Assembly (NCBI GenBank): GCA_964515735.1
Contig: CAZEVP010000004.1
Coordinates: forward strand, 961-64,960
From: an uncultured Verrucomicrobiaceae bacterium
GTDB taxonomy: Bacteria; Pseudomonadota; Gammaproteobacteria; Pseudomonadales; CAMLJR01
Direction: 5' to 3'
DNA length: 64,000 bases
Each line of letters begins with the position of its first letter. The first letter of the stretch is position 1. Both the position numbers and the translations under genes were made by a program. Of this stretch, positions 9,675 to 18,363 are shown in pieces. Below the pieces are notes generated by a model. That model was not told the origin of the DNA, ran no database searches, and saw only the letters and a program-made list of their open reading frames with translations.

Positions 9675-10600
9675 TGGATTTCACACTGAGCGAAGATCAA
9701 TCCGCGATTCAGGGCGCGCTCGACAAGCTGGCCGAAGAGTTCGCGCTGGTGCCCGCCGAGTTCCACAAGTTCGCGCTGTTCGGCGACAAGCTGGAGAAAG
9801 AGCTGGAAGAGGGGCAGTACTTCGATATCGCCGCCATTCCGGAGCTGGGTGCACTGTCGGCGGCGCTGGCGGTCGAGCGTCTGGCGCGTCTGCCGTACAC
9901 GGTCGAGACCGCTCTGTCGATGATCGTGCGGCCGCTGCTCGACATGGAATTGCCGCGCCCGTTCTCGGTCGTTGAAAACGGTCGCCCCGGTCGGTATCTG
10001 CCGACGGCGAAAACGGTCATCGTCATCGATGGCGACTCTCTTGACGGACAGGGGGTGGGCATCGCGCATCCGGCCGAGGGTGATGTCGAGGCGTTGCCTG
10101 AATCGCTGTACGCCTACCCGATGGGCCGCTTCATCAAGCAACCGGCGGTGAAACCGCTGTCGGCGGAAGATGGCGCGAAAGTGAAAACCTGGCTGCGAGT
10201 CGCACTCGCCGCGGAGATGACCGGCCTGCTTCAGGGCGCCATCGACGCCACTGTCGAGCACATCAGCGTGCGCAAGCAGTTCGGTCGACCGCTCGGCACG
10301 TTTCAGGCGCTGCGCCACCGCATGGCCGAGTGCGCGGTGCTGACCGGCGGTGTACGTCTGCTGGCGCGCAAGGCGGCGTGGTCCGGCGATGCCGGTGATG
10401 CGGCGGTCGCTGCGCTGTACGCGCAGGACAGCGCAACGCGCGTGATCTACGACGTGCACCAGATGATGGGCGCGATGGGCATGACGCTGGAGATGTCGCT
10501 GCACCTGTGGACCTACCGGATGAAGGCGCTGCTCTCCGAACTCGGCGGTCGCGCCGGGCAGGCGACGGTGGTCGCGGAGAAATGCTTCGACGCCGCATGA
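9674..10600 (+). CDS. Acyl-CoA dehydrogenase-family protein, beta-type (partner) subunit
   Basis: This is the last 308 codons of ORF 9233..10600, from the ATG at 9674 (MDFTLSEDQSAIQ...). It has an ACAD C-terminal domain (RKQFGRPLGTFQALRHRMAE) and lacks the FAD-loop motif. It overlaps the stop of the alpha gene. Confidence 0.8.
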   Translation: MDFTLSEDQSAIQGALDKLAEEFALVPAEFHKFALFGDKLEKELEEGQYFDIAAIPELGALSAALAVERLARLPYTVETALSMIVRPLLDMELPRPFSVVENGRPGRYLPTAKTVIVIDGDSLDGQGVGIAHPAEGDVEALPESLYAYPMGRFIKQPAVKPLSAEDGAKVKTWLRVALAAEMTGLLQGAIDATVEHISVRKQFGRPLGTFQALRHRMAECAVLTGGVRLLARKAAWSGDAGDAAVAALYAQDSATRVIYDVHQMMGAMGMTLEMSLHLWTYRMKALLSELGGRAGQATVVAEKCFDAA

Positions 10601-10615
10601 GTCGAACGCGAAACG

Positions 10616-10646
10616 AGATGGCCCCTGTTGGGGCCATCTTGCTTTC
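10616..10646 (+). terminator. Rho-independent terminator
   Basis: Hairpin AGATGGCCCC-TGTT-GGGGCCATCT followed by TGCTTTC. Confidence 0.7.
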
Positions 10647-10691
10647 AGAGCTCCGAAAATAAAGTTACGAAAACTGTGAGGTGCTGAATCG

Positions 10692-11147
10692 ATGGATGCC
10701 GAAACGCTGAAGTCTCAGGGTTGGCAGATGGTCGGTCTCGACGGTTTCTCCGGCGTCGCCGGGCCGTTCTGGATGATTACGGAAAACGGTCGTCGCCGGC
10801 TCGGTGTGCAGATCGAGGCGCGCCACTGCAACAACCACATCGGCACCATCCATGGCGGCATGGTGATGACCTTCGCCGACATGGCGCTCGGTATCGGCGT
10901 CTCCGATGCGCTCGACGGCAACCGCAACTGCTCGACGATCTCGCTGACCACGCAGTTCCTGAACCCGGTCCATGTCGGCGAGTTCCTCTACTGCTATCCC
11001 GAGGTGACGCGCACCAGCAAGTCGGTGGTGTTCGTGCGCGGACTGCTGGAGACGAAGGATCGTGTCGTCGCCAGCGTGGAGGGAATCTGGAAGGTGATCG
11101 ATGCGTCGAGGGTAAAGCCGATCAATGTCACCAATATTGGGTCGTAA
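10692..11147 (+). CDS. PaaI/YbgC-type hotdog-fold thioesterase
   Basis: The 151-aa product has NNHIGTIHGGMVMTFADMALG, typical of PaaI-family thioesterases. Confidence 0.8.
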   Translation: MDAETLKSQGWQMVGLDGFSGVAGPFWMITENGRRRLGVQIEARHCNNHIGTIHGGMVMTFADMALGIGVSDALDGNRNCSTISLTTQFLNPVHVGEFLYCYPEVTRTSKSVVFVRGLLETKDRVVASVEGIWKVIDASRVKPINVTNIGS

Positions 11148-11194
11148 CGGCGTTGGGTCGTGCAGGCTCGGCCCACTCCACGAGGGTTTGAACG

Positions 11195-11899
11195 ATGCGC
11201 AATCTGGATTTCAGTTCCTGGGAGGCGGTGATCTCGACGCTGCTCGGGCTGGTGGTGATCACGTTCGTGATGGTCGGTGTTCGTCTGCTGGTCATGCAGA
11301 CGGTGCAGCAGCGCCGCGAGCGCGAGAACCGTCAGATCAACGAGCGCCTGCGCACGCTGATCGCAGCCTACAAAACCCTTGGCGGCTCGTTCACCGGCGA
11401 TCTGGCGGTCGATCCGATGCATCTGCGCGATCTGCAGCGGCGCCAGGTTTCGGCTGAAACCCCGGAAGAACGGGGCGCGGAGATCGATGAGGAAATGTCG
11501 GGCTCTTCCGATCGTTCGCGCCGCATCCGCGATGCGGTCGAGGCGGCGCTGTCGGATGTGATTCTGCTCGGCACCGAGGAGCAGGTGCGGCTCGCGGCGC
11601 GGGCCGCGGCCGACCTCGTCGCAGGGCGGGCGATCCGCACCGATGAACTGGTGGTGTCGCTGCGCGACTTCATTCGCCGGGTGCTCGACCTGGAACCGGT
11701 GCCGGCAGGGCTGGCCATTCCCAGTCAAGGGCCGACCCGTCCCGGTGGCGCCGGTGGTGGGAAGGGCAAGGGAGGCGAAGCCGGTGGTGGTCGGGCCGGT
11801 GGGAAGCAGGGCGGCGGCGGGAGTGGTGCCGGCGGCATGGCGGGTATCGGGGTGGGTGGAGGCCTCGCGCTGGGGTCGGAGAACCACGACGGGCGGTAG
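11195..11899 (+). CDS. Hypothetical protein: N-terminal TM helix, charged helical middle, Gly-rich basic tail
   Basis: The 234-aa product has a hydrophobic segment AVISTLLGLVVITFVMVGVRLLV and a C-terminal GGAGGGKGKGGEAGGGRAGGKQGGGGSGAGGMAGIGVGGG. I recognise no family. Confidence 0.5.
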   Translation: MRNLDFSSWEAVISTLLGLVVITFVMVGVRLLVMQTVQQRRERENRQINERLRTLIAAYKTLGGSFTGDLAVDPMHLRDLQRRQVSAETPEERGAEIDEEMSGSSDRSRRIRDAVEAALSDVILLGTEEQVRLAARAAADLVAGRAIRTDELVVSLRDFIRRVLDLEPVPAGLAIPSQGPTRPGGAGGGKGKGGEAGGGRAGGKQGGGGSGAGGMAGIGVGGGLALGSENHDGR

Positions 11900-11946
11900 A
11901 TCGGTGCCCGATATCCAGTCAGATTGCCATCGCTGAATACGATGTA

Positions 11947-11957
11947 ATACATTGTAT
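11947..11957. promoter_or_regulatory. Small palindrome ATACA-T-TGTAT upstream of the RHH antitoxin gene (candidate TA operator)
   Basis: It lies 24 nt upstream of the ATG at 11981, with a GGGAGGA SD in between. RHH antitoxins commonly autoregulate through such palindromes. Confidence 0.3.
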
Positions 11958-11980
11958 CCTTCTGTAGGGAGGATGCCCCC

Positions 11981-12253
11981 ATGAGTGTCACTACTGTCAG
12001 GCTCCAGCCCGAAGTGGAAGAGGGGTTGGAGGAGATGGCTGACAGGCTCCACCGGAGCAAAAGCTGGCTGATCAATCAGGCGCTCAGAGAGTTTCTTGCG
12101 CGGCAGGAACAGGCGCAGGCTCGTTGGCAGGAGACGTTGAAAGCGATGGATTCGGTAGCTCAGGGACGGGTCGTTTCCGGCGAGGCGGTTCACGCTTGGC
12201 TGAATAGCTGGGGTACCGCTGACGAACTGCCGCCGCCGAAGTCCGGCGAATGA
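11981..12253 (+). CDS. Ribbon-helix-helix (CopG/ParD-like) antitoxin
   Basis: The N-terminal RHH pattern is TTVRLQPEVEEGLEEMADRLHRSKSWLINQALREFL. An ATGA overlap joins it to the downstream toxin gene. Confidence 0.8.
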   Translation: MSVTTVRLQPEVEEGLEEMADRLHRSKSWLINQALREFLARQEQAQARWQETLKAMDSVAQGRVVSGEAVHAWLNSWGTADELPPPKSGE

Positions 12254-12537
12254 AGCTGGTCTATTCCGAGGAGGCGGTCGCCGACCTCGTTCGCCTTCGT
12301 GCATTCATTGCCGAGAAAGATCCCGCTGCGGCATCGCGCATTGCTGCGGAGTTGGTCGCGCGTGTAGAGAATCTCCGACTATTTCCCCATCTCGGTGTCG
12401 AGGTCGAGCAGGCACCGCAGCCGGGTGTCGTGCGTGACATGGTGTTTGGCAGTTATGTCGTTCGCTATGCGGCGCAATCGGAATCAGTTGTTGTGCTGCG
12501 CGTTTGGCATCATCTGGAAGATCGCGCAGATTCGTAA
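12250..12537 (+). CDS. RelE/ParE-family type II toxin
   Basis: The 95-aa product has a ParE-like layout (AEAVADL..L..FI...P.AA..I) and the C-terminal VVLRVWHHLED. It is coupled to the RHH gene. Confidence 0.8.
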   Translation: MKLVYSEEAVADLVRLRAFIAEKDPAAASRIAAELVARVENLRLFPHLGVEVEQAPQPGVVRDMVFGSYVVRYAAQSESVVVLRVWHHLEDRADS

Positions 12538-12608
12538 GTCGCAGGGTGGGCGGAGCGTGCGGCCGAGGCCAGCATCCTCAAATGGTTTGAGCAGCATGGA
12601 GTCGTGCC

Positions 12609-12938
12609 ATGAATACGATGACGGTCGAGGACTATCACGCCAGGATCGAGTACGACCCGGAGCTGGATCAGTTCCGGGGAGAAATCCTCGGGCTGAATGG
12701 TGGCGCGGATTTTTATGGGGGCAATCCCAAGGAGCTGCGTGCCGAGTTCAAAAAGTCCCTGCATCTCTTTCTTGAGGCCTGCAAGGAGAAGGGCATCGAG
12801 CCGCGTCGCCATTACTCTGGAAAATTCAACCTCCGAATTTCTCCCGAGCTGCATGAGCGGCTGGCCATCGTTGCGCAGGCTGAAGGGAAGAGTATCAATA
12901 CGCTGGCTCAGGAAGTGCTTCAGAAAATAGTCGCATGA
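12609..12938 (+). CDS. HicB-like antitoxin-family protein (no HicA partner found)
   Basis: The 109-aa product has a HicB-type N-domain (YHARIEYDPELDQFRGEILGLNGGADFYG) and a C-terminal RHH-like segment (FNLRISPELHERLAIVAQAEGKSINTLAQEVL). Confidence 0.7.
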   Translation: MNTMTVEDYHARIEYDPELDQFRGEILGLNGGADFYGGNPKELRAEFKKSLHLFLEACKEKGIEPRRHYSGKFNLRISPELHERLAIVAQAEGKSINTLAQEVLQKIVA

Positions 12939-12943
12939 GTGTC

Positions 12944-12975
12944 GTAGGTTGGGTTGAGCCTGCGAAGCCCAACAT
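12944..12975. repeat. REP-like hairpin GTAGGTTGGGTT-GAGCCTGCGA-AGCCCAACAT
   Basis: This is an imperfect hairpin (GTTGGG/CCCAAC). It generates the spurious peptide ..GFAGSTQPT.. in track ORF 12895..13113. From memory, this motif type is widespread in proteobacterial intergenic DNA. Confidence 0.5.
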
Positions 12976-13072
12976 ACGGCTAATTCGCAGTAATCGCGAT
13001 TTTTGCACGCTCAGATGCAACCTGTGACCCTGTTCGTGAGATGGAAGAGACTTTAAGGGTGGTGGATTGGTA

Positions 13073-13915
13073 ATGGTGCTGACGTTCTTTGATTTTCTGC
13101 ATAAATATGGCATCGAACCTTTACAGGTACGGCTTATTCGTCACGGCAACAAGGAGATAAGTGTGCTGGAGACGTATCTGGACGAGCCTGAAAGGTTTAC
13201 AGAGTACACCGCGTGGCAAAAACCTGGGCGCTATGGGAATTCTAGATATTTGGCTTTGTTTTCTCCGGCGCGAGGTACGACGTCGTTGTTTCTTGGGTTG
13301 TGGCGAGTCAATGGGGTAACGGAGAACGCCGATTTGACGCAGAGGCACATGGCGTTGTTGAAGCGATTCAGATTGCCGGAAAAATGGTTTGAGCGGTCTG
13401 ATCGTTACGATCTGGAAGCGATCAGTGTCATGGGTGATCTGAGTCAGCGCCTCGTCATCGACTGGGGGCACTCGACGGTCAGCTGGGTGCAGGCGAAGGA
13501 CAAGAGCATCGTCGAGATCAAGCCGGTAAACTCGATTGGTGCATTTACATCGTATGACAGCATTCTTCTCACGTACCGGGATCTGAAAAAACTGATCAGT
13601 GATACGGGATCGAATGCCTCGTGGGTCAATGCGCTGTCATCGGTCAATGGCGTGTATCTGATCAAGAACAAGATGGATGGTCGGCTGTACGTGGGATCGG
13701 CGTATGGGAAAGGCGGGATACTGGGGCGTTGGGCTTCGTATGCCAGGTCGGGGCACGCTGGAAACAAATATCTCAAAGCGCTCGATCCACATCACTTCGA
13801 GTTTTCCATCTTGGAGATATGCCCATCCACGATGTCTGCAGACGATGTGATTGCCAGGGAAAATCGCTGGAAGACGTGTCTGGGGACGAGGGAGTTCGGT
13901 CTCAACGACAACTGA
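13073..13915 (+). CDS. GIY-YIG nuclease-domain protein (C-terminal I-TevI-like catalytic domain, unrecognised ~190-aa N-domain)
   Basis: The C-terminus NGVYLIKNKMDGRLYVGSAYGKGGILGRWASYARSGHAGNKYL...FEFSILEI...ARENRWKTCLGT..FGLN carries GIY, YVG, R, H, E and N in the I-TevI order. I prefer the ATG at 13073 over the TTG at 13067. Confidence 0.8.
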   Translation: MVLTFFDFLHKYGIEPLQVRLIRHGNKEISVLETYLDEPERFTEYTAWQKPGRYGNSRYLALFSPARGTTSLFLGLWRVNGVTENADLTQRHMALLKRFRLPEKWFERSDRYDLEAISVMGDLSQRLVIDWGHSTVSWVQAKDKSIVEIKPVNSIGAFTSYDSILLTYRDLKKLISDTGSNASWVNALSSVNGVYLIKNKMDGRLYVGSAYGKGGILGRWASYARSGHAGNKYLKALDPHHFEFSILEICPSTMSADDVIARENRWKTCLGTREFGLNDN

Positions 13916-13979
13916 TTACCAGTGAGCGGGCTGGTCGCGGTCTTTCAGACTCAACGGCAGCCCGCGACTCCGGGCACTG

Positions 13980-15053
13980 TCACCGATGACTTGGCTTTTC
14001 TATATCCACCCCGCCAAACAACCCCTTGCTGATCTCCCCGCTCAACATGTCATGCGGGAAACAGACCTCGATATGGCTCACGTCATCGAGCCGCGCAATC
14101 TGCTCATCGCTGAACGTGATCTCCAGCGCCGCGAGGTTGTCCTCGAACTGCTCGTAGGTGCGCGCGCCGATCAGCGGTGACGTCACGGCCGGATTCAGCA
14201 GCGTCCACGCCAGCGCGACCTGTGATGGCGAACGTCCCATCTCTTTGGCAATGACGCCGACGGCATCGGCAATGTCGAGCGCCTTTTCATTCAGCCGGCC
14301 ACGCGCCAGATTCATGCTCTTGCGCGAGTTCAGCGCGCCGAGCGACTGTTCCGCCGGTGTTTTCAGATCGTCGCGCGTGTACTTGCCCGACAGCACGCCG
14401 CCGGCCAGCGGTGACCACGGCAGCACGCCCATGCCCATTTCGCGTGCCATCGGGAAGAAGTCGCGCTCGACGGTGCGCTCGGTCAGGTTGTACGGAATCT
14501 GCAGCGCGATCAGCGGCGCCCAGCCGCGCAGGTCGGCGATCGCCTGCATCCGCGATACCTGCCACACCGGCGTGTCGGAGATGCCGGCGTAGACGATCTT
14601 GCCGGCGCGCACGAGATCGTCGAAGCCGCGCAGGATCTCGTCGACCGGCGTGCGGCTGTCCCAAATGTGCAGGTAATAGAGATCGATGTAGTCGGTCTGC
14701 AGTCGCTGCAGACTCTCCTCGACCGCGCGCACCATGTTCTTGCGGTGGTTGCCGGCGCCGTTCGGATCGCCCTGGCGCATCGTCAGCGAATATTTGGTGG
14801 CGACCACCATCCGTTCGCGACGGCCTTTCAACAGCTCGCCGACGACGCGCTCGGAACCGCCGCCGCCGTAGAAGTTGGCGGTGTCGAGGAAGTTGCCGCC
14901 GCGCTCGACGTAGGTGTCGAACATGCGGCGCGCATCGTCATCGCTGCTGCCCCAGCCGGCCGGCATGCCGAACGTCATGGTGCCGAGCGACAGCGGCGAG
15001 ACGCGCAGCCCCGAGCGGCCGAGCAGGCGGTAGTCGTCGAGTTTGGTGGCCAT
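13980..15053 (-). CDS. Aldo/keto reductase
   Basis: Motifs LGRSGLRVSPLSLGTMTFG, FLDTANFYG and DLYYLHIWD are present. The start is trimmed to M11 (GGAGGG upstream). Confidence 0.88.
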   Translation of the reverse strand: MATKLDDYRLLGRSGLRVSPLSLGTMTFGMPAGWGSSDDDARRMFDTYVERGGNFLDTANFYGGGGSERVVGELLKGRRERMVVATKYSLTMRQGDPNGAGNHRKNMVRAVEESLQRLQTDYIDLYYLHIWDSRTPVDEILRGFDDLVRAGKIVYAGISDTPVWQVSRMQAIADLRGWAPLIALQIPYNLTERTVERDFFPMAREMGMGVLPWSPLAGGVLSGKYTRDDLKTPAEQSLGALNSRKSMNLARGRLNEKALDIADAVGVIAKEMGRSPSQVALAWTLLNPAVTSPLIGARTYEQFEDNLAALEITFSDEQIARLDDVSHIEVCFPHDMLSGEISKGLFGGVDIEKPSHR

Positions 15054-15069
15054 CGGTGTGCCCTCCGTA

Positions 15070-15861
15070 TCAGCCCGGTACACGTTTCGCGGTCAGTGCT
15101 TCCTGCGTCAGGAACTTGGTCGTGCTCCAGCCGCCGTCGAGCGCGATGGTCTGGCCGTTGATGTAGCTGCCTTCCGTCGATGCGAGGAAGAAGACGGTAT
15201 TCGCCACATCTTCCGGCGTGCCGTCGCGGTTGAACGGCGTCTGTTCGTGGTTGGCGCGGCGGAAGAAATCGGCGTCCCAGTAGTCTTTCGTCATGTCGGT
15301 CTTGATGACGCCGGGCGCGACCAGATTGGCGCGAATGCCCTTGGCGCCGTAGTCGGCGGCGATCGCCTGCGTCAGCCCGATCAGGCCGGCTTTCACCGCG
15401 CAGTAGATGCCGCCGGTCATGCCGCCGATGATGCCGAACACCGAGCCGACGTTGACGATCGACGCGCCGGGCTGCATCGCGTTGAGCGCGGCGCGGCTGA
15501 AGCGGAACGGTCCTTTGAGGCTGATGTCGATGACTTCGTTCATCGTCGCGTCGTCGGTGTCGCCGACCGGCGCCCAGCGGCCGGCGCCGGCGTTGTTGAC
15601 CAGACAGTCGAGACGGCCGAATTCACCGATCGCCAGTGCGACGGCGCGGTCACCGGCATCCGGCGCGGAGACGTCGACCGCCAGTGTGCGGACTTCGGTG
15701 ATGGCCGACAGTTCGCCGGCGAGTTTTTCCAGCGGCGCCGGACGGCGCGCGACGGCGACGATGCGCCAGCCGGCGTGCGCGAAGCGCTTGGCAATCGCCT
15801 CGCCGATGCCGGCACTGGCGCCGGTGATCAGGACGACGGGTTTCGGGGAAGTCTGGCCCAT
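15070..15861 (-). CDS. Short-chain dehydrogenase/reductase (SDR)
   Basis: It has VVLITGASAGIGEAIA (TGxxxGxG), NNAG, and YCAVK (YxxxK). Confidence 0.88.
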   Translation of the reverse strand: MGQTSPKPVVLITGASAGIGEAIAKRFAHAGWRIVAVARRPAPLEKLAGELSAITEVRTLAVDVSAPDAGDRAVALAIGEFGRLDCLVNNAGAGRWAPVGDTDDATMNEVIDISLKGPFRFSRAALNAMQPGASIVNVGSVFGIIGGMTGGIYCAVKAGLIGLTQAIAADYGAKGIRANLVAPGVIKTDMTKDYWDADFFRRANHEQTPFNRDGTPEDVANTVFFLASTEGSYINGQTIALDGGWSTTKFLTQEALTAKRVPG

Positions 15862-15985
15862 GACGATTTCGCCTCCGCGTGGGTTTTCTGAGAGCTGTTA
15901 TCGGCCGGTTATTCTGGGCCATGTCGGCGCGCGCGGCAGCCGTTGTACGTCGACAAATCGCGCCGAGCCATCGACAGATCGCGCG

Positions 15986-17029
15986 TCAGGCGGAGTTGTC
16001 TCCAGACGCAGTGCCGTGGGCGGCGGTGACGTTGCGTCGGTAGAGTTTCGGCGTCAGCCCGGTCCAGCGCTTGAAGGCGCGGCCGAAGCTCGACTGCTCC
16101 GAGTAGCCGAGATTGAGCGCGACCTCGTCGAGCGTCAGCTGTTCCTGCTCCAGATAGGTTTTCGCCAGCTCGATCCGGTGTTTTTCGAGGATGTCGGAAA
16201 ACTTCAGCCCCGATTCGTTCAGATGCGTCTGCAGCGTGCGCACCGAGATGCCGAGCTTCTGCGCGCCGCGCTCGATGGTGCAGTTGCCGGACGACAGCGC
16301 GCCGCGCACGTAATCCTGCACGCGTTCGACGATGGTGATGCGCGAGGCGGCCTTGACCCGTTCGAGATAGCCGCCGAGCAGGCGGAACAGCAAACGGTTG
16401 GCGCTGGCGACCGGCTGGTCGAGCACGCCGACCGGGAAACCGATGGCGTTCTCGTCGACGGTGCAGAAGAAGCGGCAGCCGATGCGGCTCTCGATGTCGG
16501 CGATTTCGGTGCCGCGCATCTCCACCGCCAGCTTGACGTAGCTCGGGCGGAAGTTGCGCCCGGCGATCTGGTGCAGCAGTTTCAGGTCGAGCAGCGCACC
16601 GTGGTAGTTGGCCTGCGTGTTGATGCCGAGCTCGGTGCGCAGCCACCAGCGCAGTTCGGCGACTTCGGGGCCTTCGCTCAGCTCCAGCACCGGCACCGGC
16701 GAGTGCGACACCGGAATGTAGTGGATGAAGCAGTTGATCGCCTCGCGCACGGTCGGCGCCGCGCGGCACAGCGCGGTGACGCAGCCGAATACGTCGGGCT
16801 CCTGCAGTTGTGCCAGACGCAGGCCGAAAATCGGATCGTTGAATTCGAGGCTGCAGTATTCGAGCAGATCGACGACCGCCTTGCAGTCGATGTAGTGGTC
16901 GGGGTCGGTGATCACCTTCGGGTCGATGCCGAAGCGTTCGAGGATCGGGCGCGGGTCGGTGCCGAGCGAGCGGATCAGGCTGGGAAGGCCGCTCAGGTTG
17001 GCGGCGCGCAGCTGCCGCTCGGTCGGCAT
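15986..17029 (-). CDS. AraC-family transcriptional regulator
   Basis: The C-terminal HTH is LDEVALNLGYSEQSSFGRAFKRWTGLTPKLYRR. I set the start at the internal ATG 17029 (MPTERQLRAANLSGLPSLI...), which gives a typical 347 aa. The track ORF N-extension reaches the neighbouring gene start. Confidence 0.8.
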   Translation of the reverse strand: MPTERQLRAANLSGLPSLIRSLGTDPRPILERFGIDPKVITDPDHYIDCKAVVDLLEYCSLEFNDPIFGLRLAQLQEPDVFGCVTALCRAAPTVREAINCFIHYIPVSHSPVPVLELSEGPEVAELRWWLRTELGINTQANYHGALLDLKLLHQIAGRNFRPSYVKLAVEMRGTEIADIESRIGCRFFCTVDENAIGFPVGVLDQPVASANRLLFRLLGGYLERVKAASRITIVERVQDYVRGALSSGNCTIERGAQKLGISVRTLQTHLNESGLKFSDILEKHRIELAKTYLEQEQLTLDEVALNLGYSEQSSFGRAFKRWTGLTPKLYRRNVTAAHGTASGDNSA

Positions 17030-17340
17030 CGAATCGAGCGGGCCGTCGAGGCTGAAAAAAACCGGCTCGCTCACGCCATCGTTTCCTCGGTCTGTTGCCG
17101 TTGTGTGCACATCGGCTTGTCTGGTCGTGCAATGAATGGGGGCGTGCCCGTGCAGCGCCGGGACACTAGCACGGTGGCTGTCTTGACGTAAATAACGGGG
17201 CTGTGGGATACAGGCCGGCCACCCACATGACCGGTTTCGACGCCAGCGCCGCGAGTTGTGCGCCTCGAGCCGGTACTCTTTTTCAACCTTCGCGCTGCGG
17301 CTTCGTGACGTTGCGCGATCTGACTGGCAGGTGAATAACA

Positions 17341-18312
17341 ATGGTCGATTTCGAAAAGCTGAAAGAAGAGGCGCGGCAGTACATCCGCTATGAAAAGGAT
17401 GTGGAGAATCGCATCGCCTATCTGACCTTCAATCGCCCGGATGCGCTCAATGCCACCACCATCGGTATGCGGCAGGTCTACGCCGATCTGATTCTGGAAG
17501 CCAACATCGATGACGAGGTGAAGGTGCTGGTCATTCGCGGCGAGGGCGATCACTTCGGCGGCGGTGGCGATCTGCCGGAGCAGGCGGAGATGCTGTCGGA
17601 AAAGAATGAGGACGTGTCGCTGCTGCACGAGTTCGGCATCAACAATCCGAACGTCAAATATCCGCCGAAGGACAGCTTCCGTTTCCTGCACGGTCTGACC
17701 GACCACTACGCCAAGGCACCGGCCGGCAACCGGCCGCTGCAGGAGTTCAAGAAGATCAGCATCATTGAGGCGAAGGGTTACTGCTACGGCTGGCACTTCT
17801 ATCAGGCCGCCGATGCCGATCTGGTGGTGTCGTCGGATGAGGCGCTGTTCGGCCACCCGGCGTTCCGCTATGCCGGCTGGGGTCCGCGGCTGTGGAGCTG
17901 GGTCGAGACCATCGGCCTGCGCCGCTTCTCGGAGATGCTGTTCACCGGCCGCCCGTTCACCGGCAAGGAGATGTACGACAGCGGCTTCGTCAACAGCGTG
18001 GTGCCGCTGGAAAATCTCGCCGACGAAACGAAGAAGTACGCGCTGGCCTGTTCGCGCTCGCGCCCGACCGACGTGGTGCAGGTGCAGAAGACCTTCCTCG
18101 AAATCTACAAGCAGTATCGCGGCGAATACATGGGCAGCCTGCTGACCGGTTTCGTCGAGGGCATGCTGCCGATGATGAAGAACGATCGCGCCAGTGACGT
18201 GCAGCTCGGCGACGATGTGTTCGGCGAAGGGCTCAACAACGTGGTCAAGGACATCGACATGCAGTATCCGCCGGAGTGGCGGATGAGCCGTTCCAATCGT
18301 CGCAAGCCCTGA
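17341..18312 (+). CDS. Enoyl-CoA hydratase/isomerase-family protein (long form)
   Basis: It has YLTFNRPDALNA, FGGGGDL, and the crotonase-fold spacing. Confidence 0.8.
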   Translation: MVDFEKLKEEARQYIRYEKDVENRIAYLTFNRPDALNATTIGMRQVYADLILEANIDDEVKVLVIRGEGDHFGGGGDLPEQAEMLSEKNEDVSLLHEFGINNPNVKYPPKDSFRFLHGLTDHYAKAPAGNRPLQEFKKISIIEAKGYCYGWHFYQAADADLVVSSDEALFGHPAFRYAGWGPRLWSWVETIGLRRFSEMLFTGRPFTGKEMYDSGFVNSVVPLENLADETKKYALACSRSRPTDVVQVQKTFLEIYKQYRGEYMGSLLTGFVEGMLPMMKNDRASDVQLGDDVFGEGLNNVVKDIDMQYPPEWRMSRSNRRKP

Positions 18313-18363
18313 TCCTCGCGCTTGGCGTGTCCGGCGCCGACACTCGCGCTGACATTGCCGGGT

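Noticed and set aside
11740-11880. The GGN-rich nucleotide stretch as a non-coding tandem repeat or VNTR.
   Set aside because: It lies in frame within a long ORF and encodes a Gly-rich tail. The nucleotide units are not exact tandem copies.
12538-12612. A HicA toxin gene upstream of the HicB-like ORF.
   Set aside because: The frame ending at 12612 has only 24 codons after an in-frame stop and no start codon. No other ORF of suitable size is present on either strand.
15986-17341. Long N-terminal extensions in track ORFs. Examples are 15986..17341, 46303..47076, 58897..59865, 39323..40264, 37533..38543 and 38294..39028.
   Set aside because: Internal starts with good SD sequences give family-typical lengths. 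The extensions are low-complexity or overlap neighbouring genes.
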